Shown in pieces: positions 13,501-26,475 of a DNA stretch of 64,000 bases; the stretch's first letter is position 1, and each line of letters begins with the position of its first letter. The notes beneath the pieces are model-generated. The model did not search any database, was not told the origin of the DNA, and worked only from the letters and a program-made list of their open reading frames with translations. Source of the DNA: Camelus dromedarius (lineage: Eukaryota); the NCBI RefSeq assembly GCF_036321535.1, contig NC_087437.1, positions 78,804,001-78,868,000 on the forward strand. Direction: 5' to 3'. The translations under genes and the position numbers were made by a program.

Positions 13501-14590
13501 ACTACCAGTGGATCAAAGAAGAAATTACAAGAGAAATTTGAAAATAATTTGAGGTAAATGAAAACATACCACACAAAAACTTACAGGATGCAGCCAAAGT
13601 AGTGCTAAGCAGGAAACTTATAAGTATAAATGCTTACATTAAAAACAAGGGAGATTTCAAATCAACAACCTAACTTTATAGCTTAAGGAACTAGAGAAAG
13701 GAGAACAAACTAAACCCAAACCCAGCAGATGGAAGGAAATCATAGAAATTAGAACAGAGACAAATGAAATTTAAAAATAGAAAAATAGAGCAAATCAATG
13801 AAACCAAAAGTCTGTCCTTCTAAAAGATCAACAAAAAAAGCTGACAAACCTTTAGCTAGATGGAAAACTATAAAAATAAAGAAGATTCAATTTACTAAAA
13901 TCTAAAACAAAAGTGGGACATTACTACTGATAATACAAATATACAAAGGAATATAAAACAACACTATAGATAACTGTACACCAACAAATTAGGTAACAAA
14001 GGTGAAATGGGCAGTGCCTAGAAGTATGAAACCTGCCAAGGCTAAATCATGAATAAGTAGAATATTTAAATAGAGTTACAACTAGTAAAGACATTGGATC
14101 AGTAATCAAAAATTACAGAAAAACTGCTGACTTGATGTCTTCATTATTGAATTCTACCAAATTTAAAGAACTAATTCTAATACTTCTCAAACATATCCAA
14201 AAAACTGAAGAGGAAGGGATACTTCTAAACTTATTCTGTGAGGCCAGCATTACTCTGATACCAATGCCAGACAAAGAAAAGAAAATTACAGACCAATATA
14301 TCTTATGAACATTGATGTAAAAGTCCTCAATAAGATACTATCAAACAATTCAGTCACATATTATAAGGATTACACATCGTGATCAAGTGAGATTTATTCC
14401 TGGAATGCAAGGATGGTTCAACATATCAAAATTGATTAATATATTATGCCACATCAACAGAATGCATGTGGGAAAAAAGCACATGATCATTTCAATATGG
14501 AAAAAGCATATAAAAAATCCAAACCTTTCATGATAAAAACATTTAACAAATTATGAATAGAAGGAAACTAACTGCAATATAAAAGCTCCT
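10556..14590 (+). mobile_element. Ancient eutherian L1 (L1M/L1MB-age): 5' UTR, dead ORF1 (~11430-12200) and dead ORF2 endonuclease plus start of RT (~12760-14580); 3' half absent
   Basis: 5' end gattctgggaagatggagtagg; ORF1-like ORF 11131-11538; EN motifs tgtctacaagagactca (CLQETH) and atagttggagacttca (IVGDF); RT motifs ttacagaccaatat (YRPI) and cctggaatgcaaggatggttcaac (PGMQGWFN); many stops and frameshifts. Confidence 0.95.
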
Positions 14591-16349
14591 ATTTAATAAC
14601 TGAAAGTGTGTAGTCTTTGCATGTTGGAGAAATTTACAAATTTAAAGCCAGATCACATTTATGAAAATAACTTTGATTTTTAGATTTATTTTACATGCTG
14701 TTCTCATGGGCAGGTGAGACATTATATGATTAGATAATATTGGTTGTAGCTCAGATACAGACCCTCTTTCCAAAATATCCCTGCCTCTGGTCTAAAATCT
14801 CCAACATCATGCACATAAATATATCTAGCAAATAACTAAGAAATTATTACCAACCATTGAAGGCACAGTATAATAAAGTACCTAAGACAGTATCATGAGA
14901 CAATAATCATGTTTTCCTTGTTTCAAAGAGGAATGATTGATTAGAAGATAACTAAGATTTGTTGCAGTGACAACTAGAAGGTTAGGATAAATGTAAATTC
15001 TTAGTTATTCTAAAATTTTTTGCGTATTTCTCATTGGCAATTTTGTCAAAGACAGCATAGTTTACTTTGTTTCCTCTTTACATTTTCTTTGAGGTTCCAA
15101 AGACTTAGCTAAACTGTTTTACTAACATATTCTTACCCTTTATATGAGATATTGTTATTTCTAACTAATATACGGATTTTGAACCATAGCTCTCAGATAA
15201 CCTGAAAATGACAACACTGCCCTTCAGTTTGAAGATCATTTGTCTATAATACAAATTTCCAAACTTTTGAAAGACTAAAGCAAAAGTGAATGGCTGAGTC
15301 ACATAGCATATGCCATCTTCATGTTAAGTAAGAATTGTGAGATCTTCTCTTCCCCTATTTACATATTCTAACATATTGTATATATTAAATGAATCTTAAG
15401 TGGATAGTGCCAAGTGGATAAAATAAAGGTATCTGGGCCACAGATTGTTGTAAATTTTAATTGAGGTGATGCATATTAAACTCTAAGAAAAATATCTATA
15501 ATAAATGATTATTTAATGAATACACTGTAAAAACACTATCAATGATCATAATGATGATGAGATTTGGAGAAAGAAGAAGCCAGAATTCTTATTCTAGAGA
15601 AGCCAAAATCTAGAGGATTCTAGATCAGAATTCCAATAGAGTTCAAGCATAAAGACAATGTGGAATAGACAGCAATGTGGAATCTTCAGCAATATTGAAA
15701 GTCTGTTTCCTATTGCTTTCTTTTCAGTTATTTTTCTGCTTAGCAAGTCACTTGAAGCTCAACGCTATTTGTAGGGTACCTATTTTTGGTCAGTGCAGTG
15801 AGTGTGTATATTTGGTTGGTTGATTGGTTGGCTTTGGTGGAAACAATTACTTGCTTATTTGCCACCTGTCAAAAATATTTGCCAAAGAGAAAGTAGATAT
15901 GATACTAAATTTAAAAAAAAATTGTTCTTTGGGAAAGGACATTTCTAGAGTGCATATTAAATTACACTTATGGTTTCTAACCAAAAGTAGTACTAGCAAG
16001 CTAATTTACTTCAACTGCTTAAACTTTCAACACTAAGGAAGAGAGAATTGTTTACTTTGTCTCTCTGATTTCTAAATCAAGTATTATACTCAAACATATA
16101 AAGCATAGTAACAAGGAAATATGACTCAAAAGGAAAAAAACTACTTTAGAAAGGTGATGATTCCTATGTACCTTTAAAATTGCCTAAGCGAATTGACAAG
16201 AAAATACAAGTCTTCCTTCAGATGCTTTTGCCATTTAGAAAGATGTACACGTAGTTGCTGTGAAGAGTCAAGAATCTACAGAAGCTTTTATTTTCCATTT
16301 TTTAATTCAGTTAACCAAATTGCATACACTGACCATGATGTAGACACCA

Positions 16350-16570
16350 AATGGTATACAAATATGAGTTTAGACACAGGTTTTAACCTCTTTAACTAAG
16401 TAGCTATGTATTTGTGGTAACTTACTTTAACTCTCTGATGTACTTGTTCTGCCCATTTAAAACAGGGATAATATTATGGACCTAACTAGGTTGCTTAATG
16501 TTTAACTAGGTACCATATGAAGCCTGACATATATTAGAAACAGTCAAAGCTGGTCAATTAATGATGGTCA
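16350..16570 (+). mobile_element. MIR SINE
   Basis: gtaacttactttaactctctgatgtacttgttctgcccatttaaaacagggataat core and gcctgacatatattag tail. Confidence 0.65.
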
Positions 16571-16658
16571 CACACGTATACATATGAATACACAATCAAG
16601 AAAATTGGGTAGGAAAATGTCTGATTTAGTGATAATAATCAAAGAGCCATGAAGTTTT

Positions 16659-17063
16659 GTGAAGTAAGATAGAAAGAGAAAGAAAAATACCTTATGATAT
16701 CACTCATATGTGGAATCTAAAAAAAGAAGACAAACAAACTTATTTACAAAACAGAAACAGACTCACAGACATTGGAAGCAAATTTATGGTTACCAGCGGG
16801 AAAGGGGGTGGGAAGGGATAAACTGGGAGTTCGAGATTTGCAGATACTGACTGGTATAGATAAAATAGATAAGCAAGTTTATACTGTATAGCATAGGGAA
16901 CTATATTCAATATCTTGTAGTAGCTTATGGTGAAAAATAATATGAAAACGAATATATGTATATTCATGTATGGCTGAAGCATTGTGCTGTCCACCAGAAA
17001 TTGACACAACATTGTAGACTGACTATACCTCAATTTAAAAAAACAAGATACAAAGAAAAAAAG
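16659..17063 (+). mobile_element. Young lineage-specific L1 3' UTR, 5'-truncated, with A-rich tail
   Basis: Closely similar to L1 3' ends at 28509-28730 and 52516-52915; ends gactatacctcaatttaaaaaaac...aaaaaaa. Confidence 0.93.
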
Positions 17064-20053
17064 TTGAGTTTGAGTTTATGAGCAAATTAGAAAATAATAT
17101 TGTCACTTACCATCAAATGCTGCCTGTCAACTTAAAAAAAAAAAAAAATCCCAGTAAAGAGAGAATTCAGTCAAAAAAAAAATCTAGGATGGAGACACCA
17201 ACTACTGATAACATAGCTCTGACTCTATTGACAAAGGCTAAAGTCATCTTTAATTGTTTTACATACATGAACCAACACATTTCACACATCCCCTTATTTA
17301 GCTGTTTTAAAATGTTTCTATTATGTATCGATTTTTTAAAAATCCTTATGAATAAACCTCCCTCATGTGATTTCAATTACACCACTGGTTCAGAGGCTAA
17401 AAAATACTTGGAAAAACACTGATTCTAGGTAAAACCCCAATTAACTTCATGTTTCTCTTTTCCATCATTTAATGGGTCTGTGTTTGAATATTTTCCATTA
17501 GAAAAGTGGTGACTCTTACACTAGCATCGTCCATCTTTGACCAGCTCCGATAGTTTTATTTTTCTTCCTCATTTCCTCTCTAATCTACTTCACAAAAAAA
17601 TTCATTTAACAAATATTTGAGGAAAATCCTATGTGTCAAGGACCATCACTGATTCAGTATCTGTCTCACCAAATGGAAGATTTACTGAAGCAAACACAAA
17701 CTGACGCCCTGTTACATGTGTACTGAGTGTTGGAAGATAAGTGCCAATTCTGTTGATCAGTTGAGTCAGATCAAATTGAAAGTCATTAAATATTTGAATA
17801 CCTTTTTTAGTGTTCCCTGAAATGTCCAGATTCAAGTGTTAAATACAATATATAGCAAATTGCTGTTGCCCTTGTTATTTGTCAATGATAATAATAATAT
17901 AGACAAGATGATCTCCATTGTCTTTAAAGTTGTTTTATTGAGTCCTAGTTTCAATGGTTATATATACATGCCCACATAGGATAGTATGTGAGACACAATA
18001 TTGTTATACTTCCCCACACATACCAATCACATTACTGTTTCATAGTAGCTAAAATTTTTAAAATAGGCAAAAATATTACCAATAATCTTTATTTCCTAGC
18101 AGTGTTTCAGTATTCTGATTGTGTCACTAAAAAGATGCTTTAGTCATTGATTTGTAACTTATGTGACTGTTTTAATGTTTTTTACTCTATCTCCACATGC
18201 TACCAGATGAGCTTGCTGGCAACGTGACATTCATCAAAGGAAAAATTCTAGATATGAAGCAGGGCTATGAATCCCTGCAAGTTCTGTCCAATTGTGTACT
18301 TGAGTTTGATTGCATATATGAGTAGTAGAGCCTGTGTAGAAACAGCAGGGCAGTTTTTTATGAAGTGTCACTCCTTGAACCTTCTTAATTTAACAAAGAG
18401 GCAATCTATCACCTTCTCTTGAGAATATATTTACATGTGGGATTTAACTTACATAAGTGGCAGGCAATAATGGTAATTGCCTTCTCTTACCCAGATGGGT
18501 TGTTTTTTAAATGGCTATATACTGTTTTAAACCTCAGTGTGTAGTCAATACAGCACTCAGGTGGCAGGCTCTAACATAAATAATATGTCAAGAATATGGA
18601 TATAAACACATAAATATAGGTTCAGTATGAACTGCCTACAAACAGCATATTTCGAGGTGAGTTTATAGGTACAAATTTTCTTTGCAGATTTAAGGTTACA
18701 ATGCACAGTTGAACTAACCAATGTGTTTTAGATCCAATGCAGTAGGGCTCCATTAAAGGCTAGAATCATTTCACACACTGGATCAAATTCATAACTATGA
18801 CCAGTAGCTCATTCATTTGTAAGAAAATGTTCTTTATAGGCTCTCGGGGTTTAATCCAGGAAATTCAGCTGATTCCCAAAGGTTAATCACAAAGAATGGA
18901 CACAATCAGGTGTGAAAAAAAATCTTACATTGGAGACTATCTTGACTACAGCATGCCTCCTGCACCTAAGTACTATAGTGTGCACTCCCTTAAAACTAAG
19001 GACAAGGGCATTGTTTTAAAAAACCACAGTGCAATTATCAAAGTCAAAAATTTGATATTGATCAAATGTTATCCACAGTTTGTACCTAATTTTTTTAAAG
19101 CTTTTGTTCTTTCCCTGATCCAGGATCCAGTAGAGGATTACTCGTTGTGTTTAGTTGCTATATTTCTTTAGTACTTAAAGTTTGGCAGAGTTTCTCAGTC
19201 TTTTTTTTTTTTTAGTAATCTTGATATTTAATAACCTGGATGTTTTTGAGAAGTAGGATGTCCTACGTTTTATGTTTGTTGGATGTTTTCTCAGGATTTG
19301 ATTCAAATTTTGAACTTTAAGGAGGAATATCATGGACATGCTATTGTATTATTCTCAGTGTTGTTGATGTCAAATGAGATCACTTTGTTAAGATAGTGTC
19401 CCTCAGGTTTCTCCAATGCAAATTTTCTATTTTTCCTCTTGTAACTGATAACTATTTGGGGGTGAAATTCGTTGAAATCATGTAAAATCTTTTTTTCATT
19501 AAATTATCATTAATTTTAGTATCACTGGATGATTTTCTAACTTCATTTCATCTATATTTTAAGTTGCCATTCAAAGGTAAAGAAGGATTTTCCCTTCTAG
19601 TTCATTTATTTATTTATTCCTTAATTTATTAATACTAGTATGGATTCATATTGTCCTTTGTTATTTCATGTGTTATAATCCCTTAGTACCTTAATTTTGA
19701 TACTCAAATTTTTCCAAATTCCACCTGTAAGAACTCTTTCATGTCAGCAACTATTTCCTTTAGATAAGTCCCTGTCATTCTTTGAGCATTCTTTGAGCAT
19801 TTTTAGGCACAATTAGATTAAAATATTCCAGGATCATCTTGTACTTTCCTTGCCTCAGTATTGGATTTAGCCTTTACTCTAAGGAGTATTGATTCCTTAA
19901 GTGGGAAATGAGATTTTGATATGAAGATCTGAGCGCTAGAAGTCTTTGCCATTGGAGTATCATTGCTTCAGGGTACTCTCTTTGGACACAGCTAAGAAAT
20001 ACAGATATTGTAGATTGTTATTACTTGTATTTGGAGTTCATTTTCTCTCCCTT

Positions 20054-20114
20054 CTCCTTTTTCCTCTCTTTTTCTTAACCCTCCTCCTTTTTCCTCTCTT
20101 TTTCTTAACCCTCC
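20054..20114. repeat. Perfect 30-bp tandem duplication (ctcctttttcctctctttttcttaaccctc x2)
   Basis: Read directly from the sequence. Confidence 0.95.
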
Positions 20115-22107
20115 TTCCTCCTGATATAATGAAAAATCACAAAGTGCTCTCTGTTCTTCTCCCTTTCATTTTTTTTCGACTTAGTTTTCCCAAAATGAGA
20201 AACCTGGCTCCCAGATCATCAATGCATTCATTAATTGACTCAAGTCTTTAATGTAATTACAATATATGCAGAATTACTAGTAGCACCAAGAAAAGCAAAC
20301 CTGCTGACTGGATTTCAATATTTGTTTACAGTTAGTTTCAAGGTAAAATTTACATGTAGAAAATGCAAATGCATAAATCTTAAAGTGGATGACTTGAGTT
20401 TTTAATAAATTATAATCATGTAACCCTAATTACTATCAAGTTATAAAAGATTTCCATCACCCCAGAAACTGCTCCCTTGCCCTCATTTTATAAGTACTGT
20501 AATTCTTAAATTTTAAACAGTATTTTAGGTTTAATTAACTGCCAGTTATATAAGATCCTCTTAATTGTTGCATTTCATGTTGGTTTGTTTTTCACATCCT
20601 AAGCCACGCTCTTTGGTATATTTTGTTAAATAAGCAAAATGTTTTTCAAAATACTCATATTATGAAAGCATGAAATAAACTTAAAAGTGAAAAATAATTT
20701 TAGAGTTCACATATTTATTTAAGAAGCTGCATATCAGTAAATGCACATATCCTAAATATATATCAACAGTTTTCACAAACTTACCTCATGTAATCAGCAC
20801 AAAAAAGTGTATTACTGTAACTCCAAAGGCCCTACATTTTTTCCTACTCAGTGTTATTTTCATAAGTTAATTCATATCCTCATTTTTAATAGTATGTGTA
20901 TGCCCTAAAACTTTCTAACAATGGAATCATACAGTATGAATTATTTTGTGGCTTTGTTTCTGATATTTATCCATGATGTTACATACAACAAGTTCATTTG
21001 TACTCAAGGTGATATAGCATTACATTGCATGAATGTATCACAGTATACTAAATTTGATGGGCATTTTTCTGTTTGTTTTTGTTTATAATTGGGTTTATCA
21101 TGTAAAGGGATGATAAATACACCTTTCCTCCTTTACCCATATCTTTGGTGAATAATATACACATTTATCTTAGGTAAATACCTAGGAGTGGAGTTGCTGA
21201 GTTATATGATGTGTATATGTTTAGCACTAGAAGATAGCGCAAAGCAATTGGTTGGGTGATTCTATTTAAATTGACACCAAAAGTAAATGGGATTTTCATT
21301 TTTACTGTATCTTTTCTAACATTTAATTTTGTCTGTTTTTCATTCTAGTCATTCTTTTGGATGTGCAGTTGTATTGCCTTGTAATTTTAAATTGCATTTT
21401 CCTCATGAGTAATGATTTTGAACATATTTTCATAAGTGTATTGACCATTTTTATATCATTTTGTATAATGTGTAAATTCAAATCATTTGCCCATATTATC
21501 TATTGAACAGTCAGTAATTTTCTTATTGATTGTAGAAGTTATTTATGGGTTCCAGATAAAAGATTTTTATCAAATATGTTCATTGAAAATATCTTCTGGA
21601 ATTTGTGGCTTCACTTTTGACTCTCAGTGGTATAATTCTTAATTTTAATGTAGTGCAATTTACAATATTATGGCTATCTTTTTTGTCTTGATAAAAAAAT
21701 CTTTTATTGTTTTGCATTTACATTTCTACAATGCAACTAAAGTTGATTTTTTGTGTGTCATATGAAGTAAGATGTAATTTATTTTTTGCAATGTCAATAT
21801 CTGATTGACTCAGTGGTACTTATTGAAAAGATCATGTTTTCCCTATAGCACTGCCCTATTATTTATAAATCAAGTGGCAAAATATGTTTGGATTTGTTTC
21901 TGGAAACAATTCTGACCCATTAGTTAGTATTTATTTATTTTTTTATCCTTGCATTTATACCAACCATGTTAATATAGTTTTATAAAAGCCTTGCTATCTG
22001 TTAATGCATGTCTTTCTGCTTTGTTCTTCTTCAAGAATGCCTGGTTATTCATAAACATTATATTTGGATGGAAATTTTAGAGTCTATCTGCTTCAAAACC
22101 CCTGCTC

Positions 22108-22109
<2 letters not shown>

Positions 22110-22157
<48 letters not shown>
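22110..22157. repeat. (TTA)n microsatellite
   Basis: About 16 perfect units. Confidence 0.97.
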
Positions 22158-22729
22158 TGTATTTTTCTATAGATCACTTTGGATAGAATTGACAGGTTTA
22201 GAATATTGTGTTCCACTTCACAAGGATGGCATATTCTTTGTACTTGGTTTGTCTTTAATTTCTCCCAATGATTTTTAATAACTTTCAGAATAGAAAATTT
22301 ACCTCTATTAAATTTATCCTTAGATATTAGAATGTTTTAGGTTTGTGTAAGCAGTATTTTTATTTCATTTTTTTGGTTTGTTTCTGGTATTTACAAAAAT
22401 AATTTCCAGAAAAAGAATTACATTTTTATTCTAATAGTTTGTAGAGTTTTCTGAATGTTCCACATATATCATTATTATCTTTATATAATGATACTTTTAT
22501 TTCTCCCTCTTCAATTCATTTACATTGCTTACCTTATCACTGTGGCTAAGAATTCCAATCAGTGTTGAGTAGAAGTGGTGATCACATTTTTATCCTGGTC
22601 CTGTTATAGTGGGGGAAAATTATATGACTGTCTCTGCATTAAGCTTGATGCTTGCTATTTTTTTTTTGCAGAAAATCTTTATTTTAATGTCCTCTTTCTA
22701 CTTTCCTAAAAATTTGTCGTTTTGAATTA

Positions 22730-23318
22730 TATATTAGTTTTCTATTGCTGCATAGTGTGATAACACAAACTTAGAGGATTCAAACAACCACCATTCATTA
22801 GCTCACAATCCTGTGTGTAAGAAATCTAGCACGGAATGTTTGGGTTCTTTCCTCATGATGTCATAAGGCTGAAAACAAAGTTTTGGCTGGGCTGAGTTCT
22901 AGTCTAGAAGCTTTGGGGAAATATCTGCCACCAAGCTTATTCAAGTTGTTGGCATAATTCAATTGTTCTAAGTTATAGAACTGAGGTCCCTGCTTCCTTG
23001 CTTGCCTGCTGTCAGCCACAAACTATTCTCACCTCCAGAGGCTGCTTGAAGTTTTTACTATATGGACCCCGTATCTTGGCCAACAGAGGCTCACTGAATC
23101 CTTCTCATGCTTTGAATCTCTAATTTCTCCTATCTCTGAACTCTAGAACTAGATTTAAAGGGCCTGGTGTCGTTAAATCAGGCTCACCCAGTTGTCTTCC
23201 TGTTGGACCTTAATTAATTTTACAAAATCCTTCCACGACAACACCTAGATTAATGTTTGAATGAATAATACCAGAGGCTGGAAATCTTGGGAATCATCTT
23301 ATAATTCTCCCTACCCCA
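22730..23318 (-). mobile_element. MaLR solo LTR (MLT1, MLT1E-like) nested in old L1
   Basis: Begins tatattagttttctattgctgc, ends cttataattctccctacccca; 5-bp TSD AATTA at 22725-22729 and 23319-23323. Confidence 0.9.
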
Positions 23319-23323
23319 AATTA

Positions 23324-23931
23324 TATTAAGTAGTTTTTTTCTCCCACATTTATTGAGATGACCATGTGATTTTTTTACTTTTACATAAAGCGTAATTAAC
23401 GTTGTGACTTACACTGATTAGTTTTCAAAGATTAAACTAATGTTGCATTTCTAGAATAAATGCAAAATATTTCTCACATATTGTAATTCCTATTTGCTTC
23501 TAGATTTGATTTGGTAAAATGTTGTTTAAGATTTTTACATCAATATTCATGAAGGAAATTGTCCTGTGCTCTTTTTTTTTTTTTTTTTTTGGTAAAGATT
23601 TTTTTTTTTAACTTACACAATTGAGGAAATGCTGATTATATCACCTGAAATTTTGATTGTTCATTCTTATTTTTTTTCTATTTTCTTAGAGATTTGGGTA
23701 AGATTGACATTATTTCATACCTAAAGGTTTGGAAGAAGTTACCAGTAACGTTATATGGATTTGAAGATTTCCTGTAGTGGGTAATTTTTTTTTTAAGTAT
23801 AGATATAGGACAATTGCAGTTTTTGTTGTTGTTGTTGGTTTGTTTTTACTTTTTGTTTCAGCTTTGTACTTAGAAAATTCTATTTTATTTAAATCTTCTA
23901 AAATGCTATGTTACTGATAACTGTTGGCTTT
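23324..23931 (-). mobile_element. Continuation of old L1 ORF2
   Basis: agatttttacatcaatattcatgaaggaaattg and ggtttggaagaagttaccagtaa are antisense L1 RT phrases. Confidence 0.75.
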
Positions 23932-24306
23932 TGTATTAGCTGAAGTTCTCCAGATAAACAGAACCAGTGGGCTATCTTTCCAAATATCTCTCTATATATC
24001 TATATTTATATTTATCTATTTATTTATTTGTAAGGAATGACAAGTTGTCTCTTGCAGTCATGGGGGCTCATATGTCTGCAATTTGTGGGGCAAGGTGTGG
24101 GCTAGAAATATAGGTAACAGTTGATGCTGCAGTCTTGAGTCCAAAAACTACAGGAAAGTCCAGTAAGCTGGAAACTCAGGCAGGATTTTTATGTTGCAGT
24201 TGAGACAGACTGTGTTTTCTTTAGGACATCTCAGTCTTTCTTCTTAAGACTTTCAGCTGATTGGATGAGGCCCACATTCTGGAGTGTAATCTTTATTTAA
24301 AGTCCC
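23932..24306 (-). mobile_element. ERVL MLT2 LTR, partial
   Basis: tgtattagctgaagttctccagataaacagaaccagtgg start, TA-rich tract, tttcagctgattggatgaggcccaca. Confidence 0.88.
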
Positions 24307-24667
24307 AGATCAAGTGACCTTATGATAGAAGATCTGAGTGAGCTTGATCTAATAATATGAGCCCTTAAAACTTAGGTCTTTAATGATTGTGCATTTTTTT
24401 TTCATTTTTAAATTTTTTTCTGATCTCCAGCTAGGATATTTTGTGTTAACCTCATAGTTCATTAACTTTTTTTCTGCCCTGAGTCTAATGTCCTGTTAAA
24501 TTTATCTGTTTATTTCTTAATTTCAGTTGTTTAATTTCTTACTTCTAAAATTTCCATTTTATTATTAATGTAGATTTCAAAATCTGGTAAAATTTTTATT
24601 CTTTCTTCTCTTTCTGCGTATTTTCCTCTATAGTCTACTATTTATTATCTCCATCACATATACTTTA

Positions 24668-26475
24668 CTTTTTTTTTTTTACAGCTTATCTTCCATTAAA
24701 AGTTATTATAAGATAATGGCTATAATTCCCTGTGCTATACAATATATCCTTGTTGTTTATCTATTTTATACATAGTAGTTTGTATCTCTTGAGCCCATAC
24801 CCCTAATGTGCCCCTCCCTCTTTCTTGCTCCTCTGTGGTAACCACTAGTTTGTTTTCTGTATCTGTGAGAATGTTTCTGTTTTGCTGTATAAGTTCACTT
24901 TTTTATATTCCACATATAAATGATGTATTGTTTTTGTCTTTCTATATGAGACTTATTTCACTAAGCATAATATTCCCTAGGTCCATGTATGTTCTACAAA
25001 TGGCAGAATGCCTTCTTTTTTATGGCTGAGCAATATTCCTATATATATTTCTTGGTTTTTTTAAGAGGGTAGAAGTTACCTTTAATGCTGTGTTTTATGT
25101 ATCCCTGCCCACCCTCCTCCTCACCCACCACCACTGCAGAGTAGGCACAGGGCCCACCTTCTGGGTATATATATACCACTTCTTATCCATTTGTCTGTTG
25201 ATGGACACTTGGGTTGCTTCCTTATCTTAGCTATTGTAAACAGTGCTATGGTGAACATTGTGGTGCATGTATCTTTTCAAAATAGTGGGTTTTTTTTTTT
25301 TTTCTGGATATATAGCCAGGAGTATAATTGCTGGGTCATATGATAGTTCTATTTTTAGTTTTTTGAAGAACCTCCATACAGTTCTTTATAGTGCCTTTCC
25401 AGTTTACATTCCCACCACCAGTGTACCAGGGTTCTCTTTTCACAACACTCTTTGAAACATTTGTTATTTTTTGACTTTTATTGATAGTCATTGTGACAGG
25501 TGTGAGGTGTTATCTCATTACTGTTTTGATTTTCATGTATCTAATAATTTATGATGGTGAGCATCCTTCCATGTGCCTGTTGGCCATCAGTGTGTCTTCT
25601 TTGGAAAAGTGTCTACTCTGGTCTTCTGTTCATTTTTTGATTGTTTTTTTTTTTTTTTTTTTGACATTGAGTTGTATGAGCCTTTTATATATTTTGGATA
25701 TTAACCCCTTGTTAGTCATGTCATTTGCAAATATTTTCCCCCATACTATAGATTGTCTTTTCATTTTGTTGATGGTTTCCTTTGCTATGCTAAAGCTTTT
25801 AAGTTTAATTAGATCCCATTTGTTTATTTTTGCTTTTATTTCCTTTGCCTTAGGAGACTTATCCAGAAAAATGTTGCTGCAGTTTATGTCAAAGAGTGTT
25901 CTGCCTATGTTCTCTTCCAGGAGTTTTATGGTTTCATGTCTTACATTTAGATCTTTAATCCATTTTGACTTTATTTTTGTATATGATGTGAAAGAATGTG
26001 CTAATCTCATTGTTTTACATGTAGCTGTCCAGTTTTCCCAGCATCACTTATTAAAGACTGTCTTTTTAAAAATTGTATGTTCTTCCCTACTTTTCATAGA
26101 TTAATTGACCATAGTCATCTGGCTTTATTTCTGGTCTCTCTGTTCTGTTCCATTCATCTGTGTGTCTTTCTTTTGTGCCAGTACCATGGCAGTGTTTTGA
26201 TTATTGTAGCTTTGTACTGTAGTCTGAAGTCTAGGAGGGTAATACCTCAAGCTTTGTTATTTTTTCTCAAGATTGCTTTGGAAATTCTGGGTCTTTTGTG
26301 GTTCCATATGAATTTTAAGATTATTTGTTCTAATTTTATGAAAAATGTCGTGGGTATTTTGATAGGGATTGCATTAAATCTGTAGATTGCTTTGAGTAGT
26401 ATGGTAATTTTAACAGTACTAAGTCTTCAATCCAAGAGCATGAGGTATCTTTCCATTTCATTGTATCATCTTCAA
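24668..26475 (-). mobile_element. Cetartiodactyl L1, 5'-truncated (ORF2 3' part, 3' UTR, poly-A)
   Basis: T tract at 24668-24680; minus ORF 25630-26010 ([27 protein letters not shown]...[10 protein letters not shown]) is ORF2p. Confidence 0.96.
25049..25165 (-). pseudogene. Putative retrocopied mRNA 3' end (117 bp) inserted in an L1 3' UTR
   Basis: Non-L1, GC-richer sequence; ATTAAA on minus at 25081-25086, A-rich tail 25049-25062, flanking TATATATAT repeats. Confidence 0.6.

Larger units (their letters stand above)
18940..22729 (-). mobile_element. Old L1 (L1MC/L1ME-age) 3' UTR and ORF2 remnants, probably more than one element
   Basis: T-rich antisense L1 phrases: taggtaaatacctaggagtggagttgctg, ttgcattttcctcatgagtaatgat, tatagatcactttggatagaattgaca. 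Confidence 0.85.

Noticed and set aside
17078..17422. 114-aa ORF in unique DNA
   Set aside because: Runs through poly-A tracts, no recognisable domain; compatible with chance.
18207..18325. Protein-like frame after an acceptor (ELAGNVTFIKGKILDMKQGYESLQ)
   Set aside because: No good donor, no recognised homology.
25481..26104. Longest ORF (207 aa, hydrophobic, membrane-protein-like)
   Set aside because: Antisense shadow of L1 ORF2; T-rich codons give F/L/I/S bias.
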